This document shows positions 47,699 to 57,118 of a stretch of 64,000 bases of DNA, in pieces. The DNA lies in NCBI GenBank assembly GCA_963702425.1, contig CAVPCQ010000025.1:24916-88915 (forward strand), written 5' to 3'. The first letter of the stretch is position 1, and each line of letters starts with the position of its first letter. The position numbers and the translations under genes are program-made. The notes under the pieces are model-generated. The model was given only the letters and a program-made list of their open reading frames with translations, had not been told where the DNA came from and searched no databases. Source of the stretch: an uncultured Acidobacteriota bacterium. Lineage in GTDB: Bacteria; Acidobacteriota; Polarisedimenticolia; J045.

Positions 47699-48002
47699 TT
47701 GAGCCAGCTCCTGATCCAGCAGTACCTAAACCAGCTTCAGGACCTCCGGAAGGTGGGCGGTACTCACCGCGAATCCGTGGTCCGGGAAGCCTTCAAGGAC
47801 CTCCTCAAGGGCTGGGCGAAGTCTCAGGAACTTATCTTCGTTCCCGAGTACGAGATCACCACGCCCGCAAAGGAACGGCGGTACGTCGATGGCGCTCTCC
47901 TGCATGCCCTCCGCGTGCCATTCGGCTACTGGGAGGCGAAGGACGAGAAAGACGATCTCGACGGCGAGATCGACACAAAGCTGCGGCGCGGCTACCCTCA
48001 GG
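47699..48002 (+). pseudogene. N-terminal fragment of a Type ISP/IIG-like restriction-modification (N6 methylase) gene, truncated at the element end
   Basis: SQLLIQQYLNQL...ESVVREAFKDLL...YVDGAL...FGYWEAKDEKDDLDGEI..KLRRGYPQ, ending abruptly at the TG terminus (48003). Confidence 0.7.
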
Positions 48003-48196
48003 TGAAGGCGGCCACCGATCTTGGGACGCGGCTGGACGCGGTTCTCGGCATCGCAAAGGTTGTCGCGAAGCTCACTCAGCGCGGCGAAATCGGGCCGAGC
48101 GTGAGCACAGCGACGGGAATCGCTTGTCGAGCGGCATGCCGGGCTGCTCGAGCGCAGACGGCGCCCCCGGCCGGAACAAGACCGCAGATACCTCCC

Positions 48197-49498
48197 TCAC
48201 GCCGCGCGGGTCAACAAGACGACGGGAAGGTGCGCTCGCCCTTCCAGGTACCGCACCTCGAGCGCGAGCCGCACGCCCGGGCGACCGCGCACGGGCGCCT
48301 GCGGCCGGGCGCAGCGCGAGGAGCGCGGCCATCGCGCCCGGGGTTCGAAGCGCGGCCGATGATGCGCCGGCCGGCGCCCGAAGTAGATCTCGTCGGGGGT
48401 CGCACCCGCCAGCCCGGCGTGCGGGCGCTGGCCGTTGTACCAGTCGGCGAAGAGCGACAGCTCCCGCCCGACGCTCCGCCACCGGACCGGCGCCAGCCAG
48501 CGCCGCACGCCTTCGTCCTTGAGCGTCCGGATGCAGCGCTCGATGAGCGCAATGCTGCCGTGCTTGCCGATCGCGCCGAAGCGCTGCCGGATCCTGGCGC
48601 GACGGCAACCGCGCCGGAACGATCGCGCCGTGAACTCACGTCCGCGATCCGTGATCAGGTGCCGCGGAGACCGCCCCGCCGCCCGGATCATGCCGGCGAG
48701 GAAGGCGCTCATCGCCTTGGCGGTGGGCCGGCCGCGAAACGCGCGGACGCCCATGATCCGCCGGGAGAAGTGGTCGACACCGACGGCGACCCAGCAGCAG
48801 AACGGCCAGCGCTGGGGAAGCGACCAGGGCAGCCACGGGATCCAGAACCCGGCGAGCGTCGGCACGGTGGTCAGGTCGACCAGCCAGATGTGATTCGGGC
48901 GCGACGACCGGATGCGGCATTCGCTCCAGACCGTCGCGACAGGCGCTACGCCTTGGGGCCGGCGTTTCAGCATCCGGCGGACGGTCGTCCGCCCGAGATG
49001 AAGCCCAGCGCGGGAGAGCACGGCCGCGATGCGCGCGGTCCCCATCGCGGGGCACAGCACCTTCAAGCGCCGAACGAGGTGCGCGACGAGGTCCGGGAAC
49101 TTGTTGACGGGCTCGGGCGTCTGGACGAGCGCGGAGGACCCGTCCTCGTCGAGCCGCATCATCCAGGAGGCGACGGTCGCCTCCGTGACGAAGAATCGCT
49201 CGGCGGTTTGCGCTGCCGACCAGCCCCGAGCGGCGCGGAGCTCAAGGATCGCGAGACGCTCCACCGCCGGGTAGTGCGGGCGGCGATGCGGCGGGACGCG
49301 CTCCAGGCGAGCGTCCTTGATGCGCAGTTCCTCGCGGAGCAGGGCCACCTCCTGCTCCAGTCGGACCGATGCAGCGACGCGATCGGTGGCCGTGGTCAGC
49401 GCGACGCGTGCGAGGGAGAGGGCGTGGACGATCGCGGCGCGGACAACTCGGGGCCAGCGGGAAGGGAGCGGAGCACAAGACCATTGCTCGACCGACAC
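48197..49498 (-). CDS. Integrase-core (rve) DDE transposase, IS481/IS3-like
   Basis: HTH; WLVDLT, ITDRGREF, IERCIRTLKDE, WYNGQRPHAGL..TPDE. Confidence 0.9.
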   Translation of the reverse strand: MSVEQWSCAPLPSRWPRVVRAAIVHALSLARVALTTATDRVAASVRLEQEVALLREELRIKDARLERVPPHRRPHYPAVERLAILELRAARGWSAAQTAERFFVTEATVASWMMRLDEDGSSALVQTPEPVNKFPDLVAHLVRRLKVLCPAMGTARIAAVLSRAGLHLGRTTVRRMLKRRPQGVAPVATVWSECRIRSSRPNHIWLVDLTTVPTLAGFWIPWLPWSLPQRWPFCCWVAVGVDHFSRRIMGVRAFRGRPTAKAMSAFLAGMIRAAGRSPRHLITDRGREFTARSFRRGCRRARIRQRFGAIGKHGSIALIERCIRTLKDEGVRRWLAPVRWRSVGRELSLFADWYNGQRPHAGLAGATPDEIYFGRRPAHHRPRFEPRARWPRSSRCARPQAPVRGRPGVRLALEVRYLEGRAHLPVVLLTRAA

Positions 49499-49584
49499 CA
49501 CACAACCTCCAAGAGGCGTGGACGATCTTGCCGACGTCACGCGAGCCCGATTTCGTCGAGCCTCGACATCGACGATGGCGCAGC

Positions 49585-49977
49585 TTAGGGCGAACGGCGC
49601 CGGCGGACTCGAATACGTCCGGGCTCGACGACGACGATCGGATCCGAGGGCGGCGACTGGGAGAGCGACAGCAACGCGCGGACGATGATGACCTTCAGGT
49701 CGGCGACAAGGACCGCGGTCGGGACGCGCACGAGCACGAAGCCGGGCACGCTCCGGCTGCCGGGGTCCCGCGGCGCGACCATCCCCACATCGCGCGTCAC
49801 GAGAATGCGGGAGGACGCGGCGGCGAGTTCCCGGACCAGGGCATCCGAACGCCCGCCGAGCGCGACATCGACCGCGTGCACCGCATCGAGTCCCGCATCC
49901 CGAAGGTCGGCCGCGAGCGAGCGCGGCAGATCCTCGTCGACCAGGAAGCGGGACCAGGCCGGGGAGACAGGCGCCAT
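49585..49977 (-). CDS. DUF5615 PIN-like toxin (VapC45-like)
   Basis: FLVDEDLPRS...LRDAG.DA....D..L....R.LVTRD. Confidence 0.8.
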   Translation of the reverse strand: MAPVSPAWSRFLVDEDLPRSLAADLRDAGLDAVHAVDVALGGRSDALVRELAAASSRILVTRDVGMVAPRDPGSRSVPGFVLVRVPTAVLVADLKVIIVRALLSLSQSPPSDPIVVVEPGRIRVRRRRSP

Positions 49978-49980
49978 CGT

Positions 49981-50214
49981 CTAGCCGACGGCGCGGACGG
50001 TCTCGTCGCCGAGCAGTCGCGCCGCGTAGCCGAGGGCGGCTCGGATGCCCTGCTCCGTGACGCCGTACTCGGCGCAGATCGTGGCCATGCTGTCGCCCGC
50101 GGCAAGATGACCCACGACCACCTCGACCGGCACGCGGGTGCCCTTGATCAGCGGCTTTCCGGCCTGGACCGCGTCGTCGATCACGATCCCGGGAGCAACC
50201 TCGGTGACGGCCAT
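49981..50214 (-). CDS. DUF433 antitoxin (VapB45-like)
   Basis: GKPLIKGTRVPV...LAAGDS...I..EY.VT...IRAALGY. Confidence 0.9.
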   Translation of the reverse strand: MAVTEVAPGIVIDDAVQAGKPLIKGTRVPVEVVVGHLAAGDSMATICAEYGVTEQGIRAALGYAARLLGDETVRAVG

Positions 50215-50676
50215 GCTCTCCTCCGCTGCGGGTGTCGATGCCGGCCCGCCCTTTCCGGGCTGCCGCTAACTCACAGCCCTGGTGCATGTTACGCCAGCTG
50301 CTCCTCGGCGGCCATCGGGTTCGAGGAGCGTTCCGAACGGGGAGCCAATCCTCCACTTTTCGAACTCGGCGTCGGGCGGTTGACGGGGAAGGTGTGTTCG
50401 GGGGGCGGCTCCTGGTTCCCGCAGCGGCGCGAGGGGGTGCGGGGAGGCGGGCGTTGGCCGGTAGGCGACGGCTCTCTGCGGGCAGCCGGGATCGGCGCGG
50501 TCGAGACTCTCGTCGGCGTCAGACCCTTGAGCGCTCTCTTCCTCTCCGCGACTGTCGAGAGAGCCGGGCAGACGCGCTGACCGACTCCGTGTAATCGGCA
50601 GCGAAGAGGGGAGCGTCCGGCCGGGAGACGGCGTTACCGGGACTCGCGGAGTCCGAAAAATCGCTAGCCCACTTCA

Positions 50677-50930
50677 CCCCGTCCAGGTCCTCGAGGACGA
50701 TCATCTCGTGGACGCCGCGCGCCGCGACCTCGGCGGCGGAGCCCGCCTGGAACGGGACGCCCGCGCGGACAAGCCGGTCTCTCATCGCCATGAGCGCAGC
50801 CCCGTCGGACCGGGGCTCGCCGACCTCAAGTCCCAGCAGATCCGTGGCGAAGGCGCGCCACGCGCCGAGGTCGCTGACCTCGAGGCCCAGGTACCCAAGC
50901 CATGCGGCCGTGCTCCTGGGCTTTTCCCGT
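50677..50930 (-). pseudogene. Extradiol dioxygenase/VOC N-terminal fragment, truncated by the element end
   Basis: LGYLGLEVSDLGAWRAFATDLLGLEV...RGVHEMIVLEDLDG, running into the terminus at 50676. Confidence 0.65.
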
Positions 50931-50931
50931 A

Positions 50932-51900
50932 CTATTTGACGGCGACCGGGTTGACGATGGCCTGCACGGCGCCGGTGATGCGTGCGGGCCCGAGCGTGAA
51001 CAGAAACTCCCAGGCCTGGTCCTTGACGAGTTCGGCGGTGTCCATGTTCTCCAGGATATGAATGCCGTTGAGCGCCAGGAGGATCTGGTGGACCTCGAAC
51101 ACGCCCGCGTCCTTCTCGAACGGGATCACCTCGAGGCTCGGGGTATCGGCGCCAACCATGGCCACCTCGAGCGCAGCGAGGTACTTGGCGCCTTCGATTC
51201 CCAGGCCCGGACCCACGGAGCCGAACCGACCATTGTCCTTGCCGAGCAGCTTGAGCCAGCCGGTATGGAACAGCACGACGTCGCCCTTCTCGATGGACGC
51301 GATGCCCTGCCGCTTCATGGCACCTTCGATCTCGGCGCGATTGAACGGCGTGCCTTCCTTGACGAGGTCGGTCCCGAAGTAACCGGCCATGTCGAGCACG
51401 ATCCCGCGTGTTGCGACGGCGGGCACGTTCTCGATGCCGAGCTTCGTGAGGCCGTCGGCCAAGGCGAAGTCGCCGGCGCGGTTGCAGTTGAAGTACAGAT
51501 TGTCGATGCCGACGTGACCGAAGCCATCGATCTGCGAACCGACGCCGTTCCAGCCGATGACGATGTCGTCGTTGTACGTGCTCTTGGTCGGCCCAAGCGA
51601 GGCTCCGCCGGCCTGGCCCGGCTGGAGGATGGTGATCGCAAACCTGCGCGGGGGGTAGGCGGGCGTGTCCTTGTTCGTCTCGATGCCCAGGCGGTAGACC
51701 TTGCCCTTTGTCACGAGCTTCGCGGCAGCCAGCGTCTTGGCTGGCGTCACGTAGTTGAGGTTGCCGACCTGGTCCTTCGGCCCGAACTTCGAGGCGGTCA
51801 GGCACGGAGGCGTCTGGGCCGTGGCGGCGCCGGCGATGAGTGCCGAGCAGGCAGCGCTCAAGCCCAGGAGCCTGGCGGGACGCGAAAGAGAGACAGACAT
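50932..51900 (-). CDS. Secreted cyclase-family (kynurenine formamidase-like) metal hydrolase
   Basis: FGPKDQVGNLN, GSQIDGFGH, RGIVLD, GDVVLFHTGW, VGADT, HQILL..NGIHILEN. Confidence 0.88.
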   Translation of the reverse strand: MSVSLSRPARLLGLSAACSALIAGAATAQTPPCLTASKFGPKDQVGNLNYVTPAKTLAAAKLVTKGKVYRLGIETNKDTPAYPPRRFAITILQPGQAGGASLGPTKSTYNDDIVIGWNGVGSQIDGFGHVGIDNLYFNCNRAGDFALADGLTKLGIENVPAVATRGIVLDMAGYFGTDLVKEGTPFNRAEIEGAMKRQGIASIEKGDVVLFHTGWLKLLGKDNGRFGSVGPGLGIEGAKYLAALEVAMVGADTPSLEVIPFEKDAGVFEVHQILLALNGIHILENMDTAELVKDQAWEFLFTLGPARITGAVQAIVNPVAVK

Positions 51901-51994
51901 TGCTGCACTCGCTCCTTCTAGCGTGCTTTCCGAGGACCCCGGGCGGCGTGCTTCGGTGATAGCCTCCCGTTCCGCGGTCGCGACGCAGGTGACT

Positions 51995-52771
51995 TCAGCG
52001 GATAGCGTAGCCTCCATCGACGCGGATCGTTTCGCCGGTGACAAAGTCCGAAGCGGATGAGGCCAGGAAGATCGCCGGGCCGGCCAGTTCCTGCGGCAGC
52101 CCCCAGCGCCCGGCCGGCGTACGGGCGAGGATTTCGTCGCCCATGGTCTTTAACGCATCGCCGCGCACCGGCGCAGTCATGTCGGTCTCGATCCAGCCGG
52201 GGGCGAGCGCGTTCACTTGAATGCCGTACGGAGCGAGTTCGATCGCCATCGATTTGGTCAGCTGGACGATCGCGCCCTTGGCCGCGCTGTAGGACGGCAC
52301 CAGGCCGGAACCGAAGTAGGAGTACATGCTACCGATGTTGATGATCTTGCCGTGCTTGCGAGTTGCCATCGATGCGGCGGCGAGCTTCGACAGCAGGAAA
52401 ACGGCGCTTAGTTGCGTCTCGATTACGCTGTCCCAGGATTCCGGGGTCTCCTGGAGAATCCCGCCGCTCAAGGAGACGATCCCAGCGTTGTTGACCAGTA
52501 TCTCCACCGGGCCGAGTTCGGCTTCGACCCGCCGGAATGCCGGCTCCAGTGCGGCGCGATCGGTCACGTCGACCGCGACGGCCATGGATGGTGCCCGGGT
52601 GGCCTGCAACTCGGCGAGAACCCGTGCGTTCTTGTCCTCGTTGCGTCCCAGAATGGCTACCGCCGCTCCGGCTTCGGCAAATCCCAGCGCGATGCCGCGC
52701 CCGATGCCGCCGTTGCCGCCGGTGATCAAAGCGACCCGGCCGGCCAGACTGAACGAAGCGGTTGCCACCAT
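51995..52771 (-). CDS. SDR oxidoreductase (KduD-like)
   Basis: TGGNGGIG, NNAG, YSAAK, PGWIETDM, TPAGRWG. Confidence 0.9.
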   Translation of the reverse strand: MVATASFSLAGRVALITGGNGGIGRGIALGFAEAGAAVAILGRNEDKNARVLAELQATRAPSMAVAVDVTDRAALEPAFRRVEAELGPVEILVNNAGIVSLSGGILQETPESWDSVIETQLSAVFLLSKLAAASMATRKHGKIINIGSMYSYFGSGLVPSYSAAKGAIVQLTKSMAIELAPYGIQVNALAPGWIETDMTAPVRGDALKTMGDEILARTPAGRWGLPQELAGPAIFLASSASDFVTGETIRVDGGYAIR

Positions 52772-53083
52772 CTGCGTTCTCCTCGGGAAACGAACGTACC
52801 GACGATCTGGGTCCCGTCACGGCGCCGCAGGCGACCATGCCCGCAGCCGATGGGAGCCTCGCCAGCGGCGGCGCCACAGTAGCACGGGTGTAGTGGTCCA
52901 GCGACTTTGGATCGCAGCCGGATGCGGTTCTCGCCGTTGCGAAGGCCGTGGCGACGCTCATTCGGCGCGGCGAAATCCGGCGGAGCGTCAGCACAGCGAC
53001 GGAGATCGCTCGTCAAGCGGCATGCTGGGCTGAGCGAGCGCACACGGCGACCTCGGCCGGAACAGAACCACGGATTCCCGCCC

Positions 53084-54385
53084 TCAGGCCGCGCGGGTCA
53101 GCGTGACGACGGGAAGGTGCGCTCGCCCTTGCAGGTACCGCACCTCGAGCGCGAGCCGCACGCCCGGCCGCCCACGGACCGGCGCCTGCGGCCGGGCACA
53201 CCGCGCGTCACGGGGCCATCGCGCACGGGGTTCGAAGCGCGGCCGATGATGCGCCGGCAGCCGCCCGAAGTAGATCTCGTCGGGGGTCGCACCCGCCAGC
53301 CCGGCGTGCGGGCGCTGGCCGTCGTACCAATCGACGAAGAGCGACCGTTCCCGCCCGACGCTGCGCCACCGGATCGGCGCCAGCCAGCGCCGCACGCCTT
53401 CGTCCTTGAGCGTGCGGATGCAGCGCTCGACGAGTGCGATGCTGCCGGGCTTGCCGATCGCGCCGAAGCGCTGGCGGATCGCGGCGCGACGACAGCCGCG
53501 CCGGAACGACCGTGCCGTGAACTCACGTCCGCGATCCGTGATCAGGTGCCGGGGCGCCTGCCCCGCCGCGCGGATCATGCCGGCGAGGAAGGCGCTCATC
53601 GCCTTGGCGGTGGGCCGGCCGCGAAACGCGCGGACGCCCATGATCCGCCGGGAGAAGTGGTCGACACCGACGGCGACCCAGCAGGAGAAGGGCAAGCGCT
53701 GGGGAAGCGACCAGAGCAGCCACGGGATCCAGAACCCGGCGAGCGTCGGGACGGTGGTCAGGTCGACCAGCCAGATGTGACTCGGGCGCGACGACCGGAT
53801 GAAGTGCTCGCTCCGGACCGTCGCGGCAGGCGCCACGCGACGGGGGCGGCGCTTCAGCATCCGGCGAACCGTCGTCCGCCCGAGATGGAGGCCGGCGCGG
53901 GAGAGCACGGCGGCGATCCGCGCCGTCCCCATCGCGGGGCAGAGCACCTTCAGCGGCCGCACGATGTGTGCAACGAGGTCCGGGAACCTGTTCACGGGCT
54001 CGGCCGTCTGGACGAGCGCGGAGGGCCCGTCCTCGTCGAACCGCATCATCCAGGACTCGACGGTCGCCTCCGCGACGAAGAACCGCTCGGCCGTCTGCGC
54101 TGCCGACCAGCCGCGAGCCGCGCGGAGCTCGAGGATCGCGAGGCGTTCCACCGCCGGGTAGTGCGGGCGGCGATGCGGCGGGACGCGCTCCAGGCGAGCG
54201 TCCTTGATGCGCAGCTCCTCGAGGAGCAGGGCCAGCTCGTGCTCCAGGCGGACGGAGACGGCGACGCGATCGGTGGCCGCAAGCAGGGCGACCCGGGCGA
54301 GAGAGAGGGCATGGAGGATGGCCGAGCGGGCCTGCCGAGACCAGCTTGGGGGCAGTCGAAGCTTGGTACCGCGGTTGCCCGACAC
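53084..54385 (-). CDS. Integrase-core (rve) DDE transposase
   Basis: Highly similar to 48197..49498; GTG start after GAGGAGG. Confidence 0.9.
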   Translation of the reverse strand: MSGNRGTKLRLPPSWSRQARSAILHALSLARVALLAATDRVAVSVRLEHELALLLEELRIKDARLERVPPHRRPHYPAVERLAILELRAARGWSAAQTAERFFVAEATVESWMMRFDEDGPSALVQTAEPVNRFPDLVAHIVRPLKVLCPAMGTARIAAVLSRAGLHLGRTTVRRMLKRRPRRVAPAATVRSEHFIRSSRPSHIWLVDLTTVPTLAGFWIPWLLWSLPQRLPFSCWVAVGVDHFSRRIMGVRAFRGRPTAKAMSAFLAGMIRAAGQAPRHLITDRGREFTARSFRRGCRRAAIRQRFGAIGKPGSIALVERCIRTLKDEGVRRWLAPIRWRSVGRERSLFVDWYDGQRPHAGLAGATPDEIYFGRLPAHHRPRFEPRARWPRDARCARPQAPVRGRPGVRLALEVRYLQGRAHLPVVTLTRAA

Positions 54386-54543
54386 GATCGAACCCTCCTC
54401 GGAGCGCCCCTCCTCGACCTCGCTGCGGAGCGAGACAAGTCGCTGCAGGGACGGGACATAGAGGCGCGGAGAGAGATCCGGAGAAGCGCTGATCCACCGC
54501 ACCGCTCGGGGGCGCCGCTGGACGGCTTGGCCTGCAATGCATA

Positions 54544-54557
54544 CACTGATGTCAGTG
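54544..54557. promoter_or_regulatory. Short palindrome, possible antitoxin operator
   Basis: CACTGA-TG-TCAGTG just upstream of the RHH antitoxin RBS. Confidence 0.4.
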
Positions 54558-54576
54558 CTTTCAAAGGAGATACAGG

Positions 54577-54825
54577 ATGGCGAGCCTGACCATTCGAAAG
54601 CTCGATGAGAAGACAAAGACGCGACTGCGCGTGCGCGCCGCCCGGCACGGTCGCTCGATGGAGGAAGAGGCCCGCTCGCTCCTGCGGTCGGCGCTCGGCG
54701 AGGACGCCGTTCCACGGGGCAGCCTGGCCGATTCCATCCGGGCCCGCTTTCGCCGACTGGGCGGCGTCGAGTTCGAGATCCCCTCTCGCGAGCCGATCCG
54801 TGATCCGCCGAGGCCGGGCCGATGA
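54577..54825 (+). CDS. FitA-like ribbon-helix-helix antitoxin
   Basis: MASLTIRKLDE..K.RLRVRAARHGRSMEEEAR. Confidence 0.9.
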   Translation: MASLTIRKLDEKTKTRLRVRAARHGRSMEEEARSLLRSALGEDAVPRGSLADSIRARFRRLGGVEFEIPSREPIRDPPRPGR

Positions 54826-55241
54826 TCATCCTCGACACGAACGTGCTCTCGGAGCTGATGAAACCGAAACCCGCCGCGCCGGTCGTGGCCTGGATCGGCG
54901 AGCAGCCCACGGCCGGCCTGTACACGACGGCCATCACCCAGGCCGAGATCCTCCACGGCCTCATGCTCCTTCCGGCCGGTCGCCGTCGGCGTGCGCTCGA
55001 GGCCGCTGTGACCTCCATGTTCGCGGAGGACTTCGAAGGCCGGATCCTTGGGTTCGGCTCCGATGCAGCCCCGCCCTACGCCAGGATCGCGACCGACCGG
55101 CGCCGAGCGGGACGGCCCATCTCGCAGTTCGATGCGCAGATCGCGGCGATCGCGTTGACCACGGGCGCGACCGTCGCCACCCGCAACGTGGACGACTTCG
55201 AAGGCTGCGGCGTCAAGGTCGTGAATCCCTGGCAGCCCTAG
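54822..55241 (+). CDS. vapC: VapC/FitB PIN-domain toxin
   Basis: IILDTNVLSE, AEI, FDAQIAAIA, ATRNVDDF, VNPW. Confidence 0.93.
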   Translation: MIILDTNVLSELMKPKPAAPVVAWIGEQPTAGLYTTAITQAEILHGLMLLPAGRRRRALEAAVTSMFAEDFEGRILGFGSDAAPPYARIATDRRRAGRPISQFDAQIAAIALTTGATVATRNVDDFEGCGVKVVNPWQP

Positions 55242-55886
55242 ACGAGCGTAATCGGGGCGTTCGGCCTCGATGCCGCCTCCATGGCGCCCGCCCGGATTGC
55301 CTTCTTCGCTTCCTCCCGGCGGGTGCATTCGGCCAGGGGCTTTCAGACAGCGGGAGATCTCGTTCTCGTCGTCGGCGGAAGGAGACGAGCGACTTCGGAG
55401 TTCCCGGGGCCGGCGTTCCATCGTTGCAGAGGCGAGCGATACGTCGACGAGGGAGCGATGATCAATCGGAAGGCCTCGAAGTCCACGAAAGCAATCTGCT
55501 GCAGCGAAAAGGGATGCCCCTCGGGGCGAACCTGGCCAACCAGTTTGGGATGCGCCCCGAACGGGGAGCCAATCCTCCACTTTTCGAACTTCGGGCGGGG
55601 CGGTTGACGCGGAAGGTGTGTCCGGGCTGCTCCGGGCTGCCCGAGTGGCGCGTGGGCGCGCGGAAAGCCGGGCGGCTGTGGACGGGTCATGGCTCTCTGC
55701 AACCGGCCAGGTCCAAGTGCGGCCAAGCTCCCGGTCGGGCCCAGGGGCTGGAGCGCTCTCTTCCTCTCAGCGTGAGTCGAGAGAGCCGCGCGAGGGCGCA
55801 TCGACTGTCTCACCGACGCTCCTCGCGTGGAGAGAACCAAGTTCCTGAGAATGAGGGCCTTGGAGCGGAGACGGGGACTCACTCAC

Positions 55887-57055
55887 AAGACCGCTGGCAC
55901 AGTACACCGGCGCGCGGATCGTGCTGATCAAGGTCGGCGGGACGATCGGCCTGACGCGCGACATCCTGGTGCGCGAGGCCAACAGCTACCTCACCGTCGC
56001 CGGCCAGACGGCGCCGGGGGACGGGATCCAGCTCAAGAGCTACGGCATCCAGCTCCGCGAGGGGGCGCACGTCGTCGTCGTCGACCACGTCTCCGCCGAG
56101 TGGGCGGTCGACGAGAACGTCAATGTCTGGAGCTGGGCCGAGAACGTGAACTTCCAGTGGTGCCTGATCGCGGAGGGATCGCTGACCGGTCACCCGAAGG
56201 GACCGCACTCGATGGGGCTGCGCCGGGGCGCACCCGCGGATCACGCTCTCGGTCCACCACTCGCTGCTGGCCCACAACAGCGGCCGCAACCCGCTGCTTC
56301 AGGACAACAGCGAAGGGGTGTACGACTTCCGCGACGACGTCGCCTACGATTGGCAGAACAACAACGCCGGCGACACGAAGCTGGGTACGCGAACCAACTA
56401 CGCCGGCAACCTCTACCTGAAGGGCCCGAGCAGCAGCCCGGTCGAGGACTCCGTCTTCTACGTCCCCGATCGCACCAACAGCGAGAGCGTCCGGCCATGG
56501 GTCGACGGCAACCGCAGCCCGCGCTGCCCGTCGGGCTGCACCGACGAATGGGACATCGGCGTCTGGACCTGGAAGAACGGCACGCACTTCGACGCCGACC
56601 CCGCGCTCTACCGCGTTTTGCAGCCGTTCCTGGCGCCGGCGGTCGCGGCGCTGCCGCGGCGCGACGCGGTCGACACGCGCATCGTCACCGACGTGCGCAA
56701 TCGCACCGGCGCGGTCGGGATCGGCAGCGGGCACCCGGCGCTGCGCTCCGCCGCGTGGCCGCCGGACCTGGACCACGACGGGATGCCCGACGCCTGGGAG
56801 CAGCTCCACGGGCTGAACCCCCTCGACGCGCGCGACGCGCGCGGTGACTTCAACGGCGACGGCGACACCGACATCGAGGGGTTCCTCAACAATCGCGACC
56901 CCGCGGCGCCGGCCCCGTCCACCGCGGCGGGAGCGGTGCCCGACGGCCACGCCGTGCCGGGCCTGTCGCTGACGCTGGTCCGCGCCGCGGGCGGAGCGCC
57001 CGGCCGCGCTGGAGCCGTGCCTGCCGCAGGAGGTCGCGGGCTGCCCGTAGGCTGA
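55887..57055 (+). pseudogene. Pectate-lyase-like protein lacking its N-terminus, frameshifted
   Basis: VGGTI.L, TVAGQTAPGDGI, VDHVSAEWAVDEN, HSMG, DLDHDGMPDAWE..HGLNP. Confidence 0.7.
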
Positions 57056-57118
57056 CCGAGAACGAATCCGGGGAAGGGGTCGGGCACGGTGCTACGCTGT
57101 TGAAGTCAAGGGGTTCCG

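Larger units (their letters stand above)
48003..50676 (-). mobile_element. DDE transposon element 1 carrying a DUF433/DUF5615 TA pair
   Basis: Imperfect TIRs TGAAGGCGGCCACCGATCTT and TGAAGTGGGCTAGCGATTTT (reverse complement); transposase; shared left and right ends. Confidence 0.8.
52889..55885 (-). mobile_element. DDE transposon element 2 carrying FitAB/VapBC; right terminus diverged and approximate
   Basis: Left end TGTAGTGGTCCAGCGACTTTGG; transposase; right-end repeat recognisable 55545 to about 55790. Confidence 0.75.

Noticed and set aside
46922-49588. 888-aa ORF appearing to fuse an RM domain to other sequence
   Set aside because: It is a chance read-through of repeat DNA, the RM fragment and the antisense transposase. 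Only 47699-48002 looks coding.
50330-50420. Recurring peptide GANPPLFEL..GRLT.KVC in several ORFs
   Set aside because: It reflects the conserved nucleotide repeat. Frames, starts and stops are not shared between copies.
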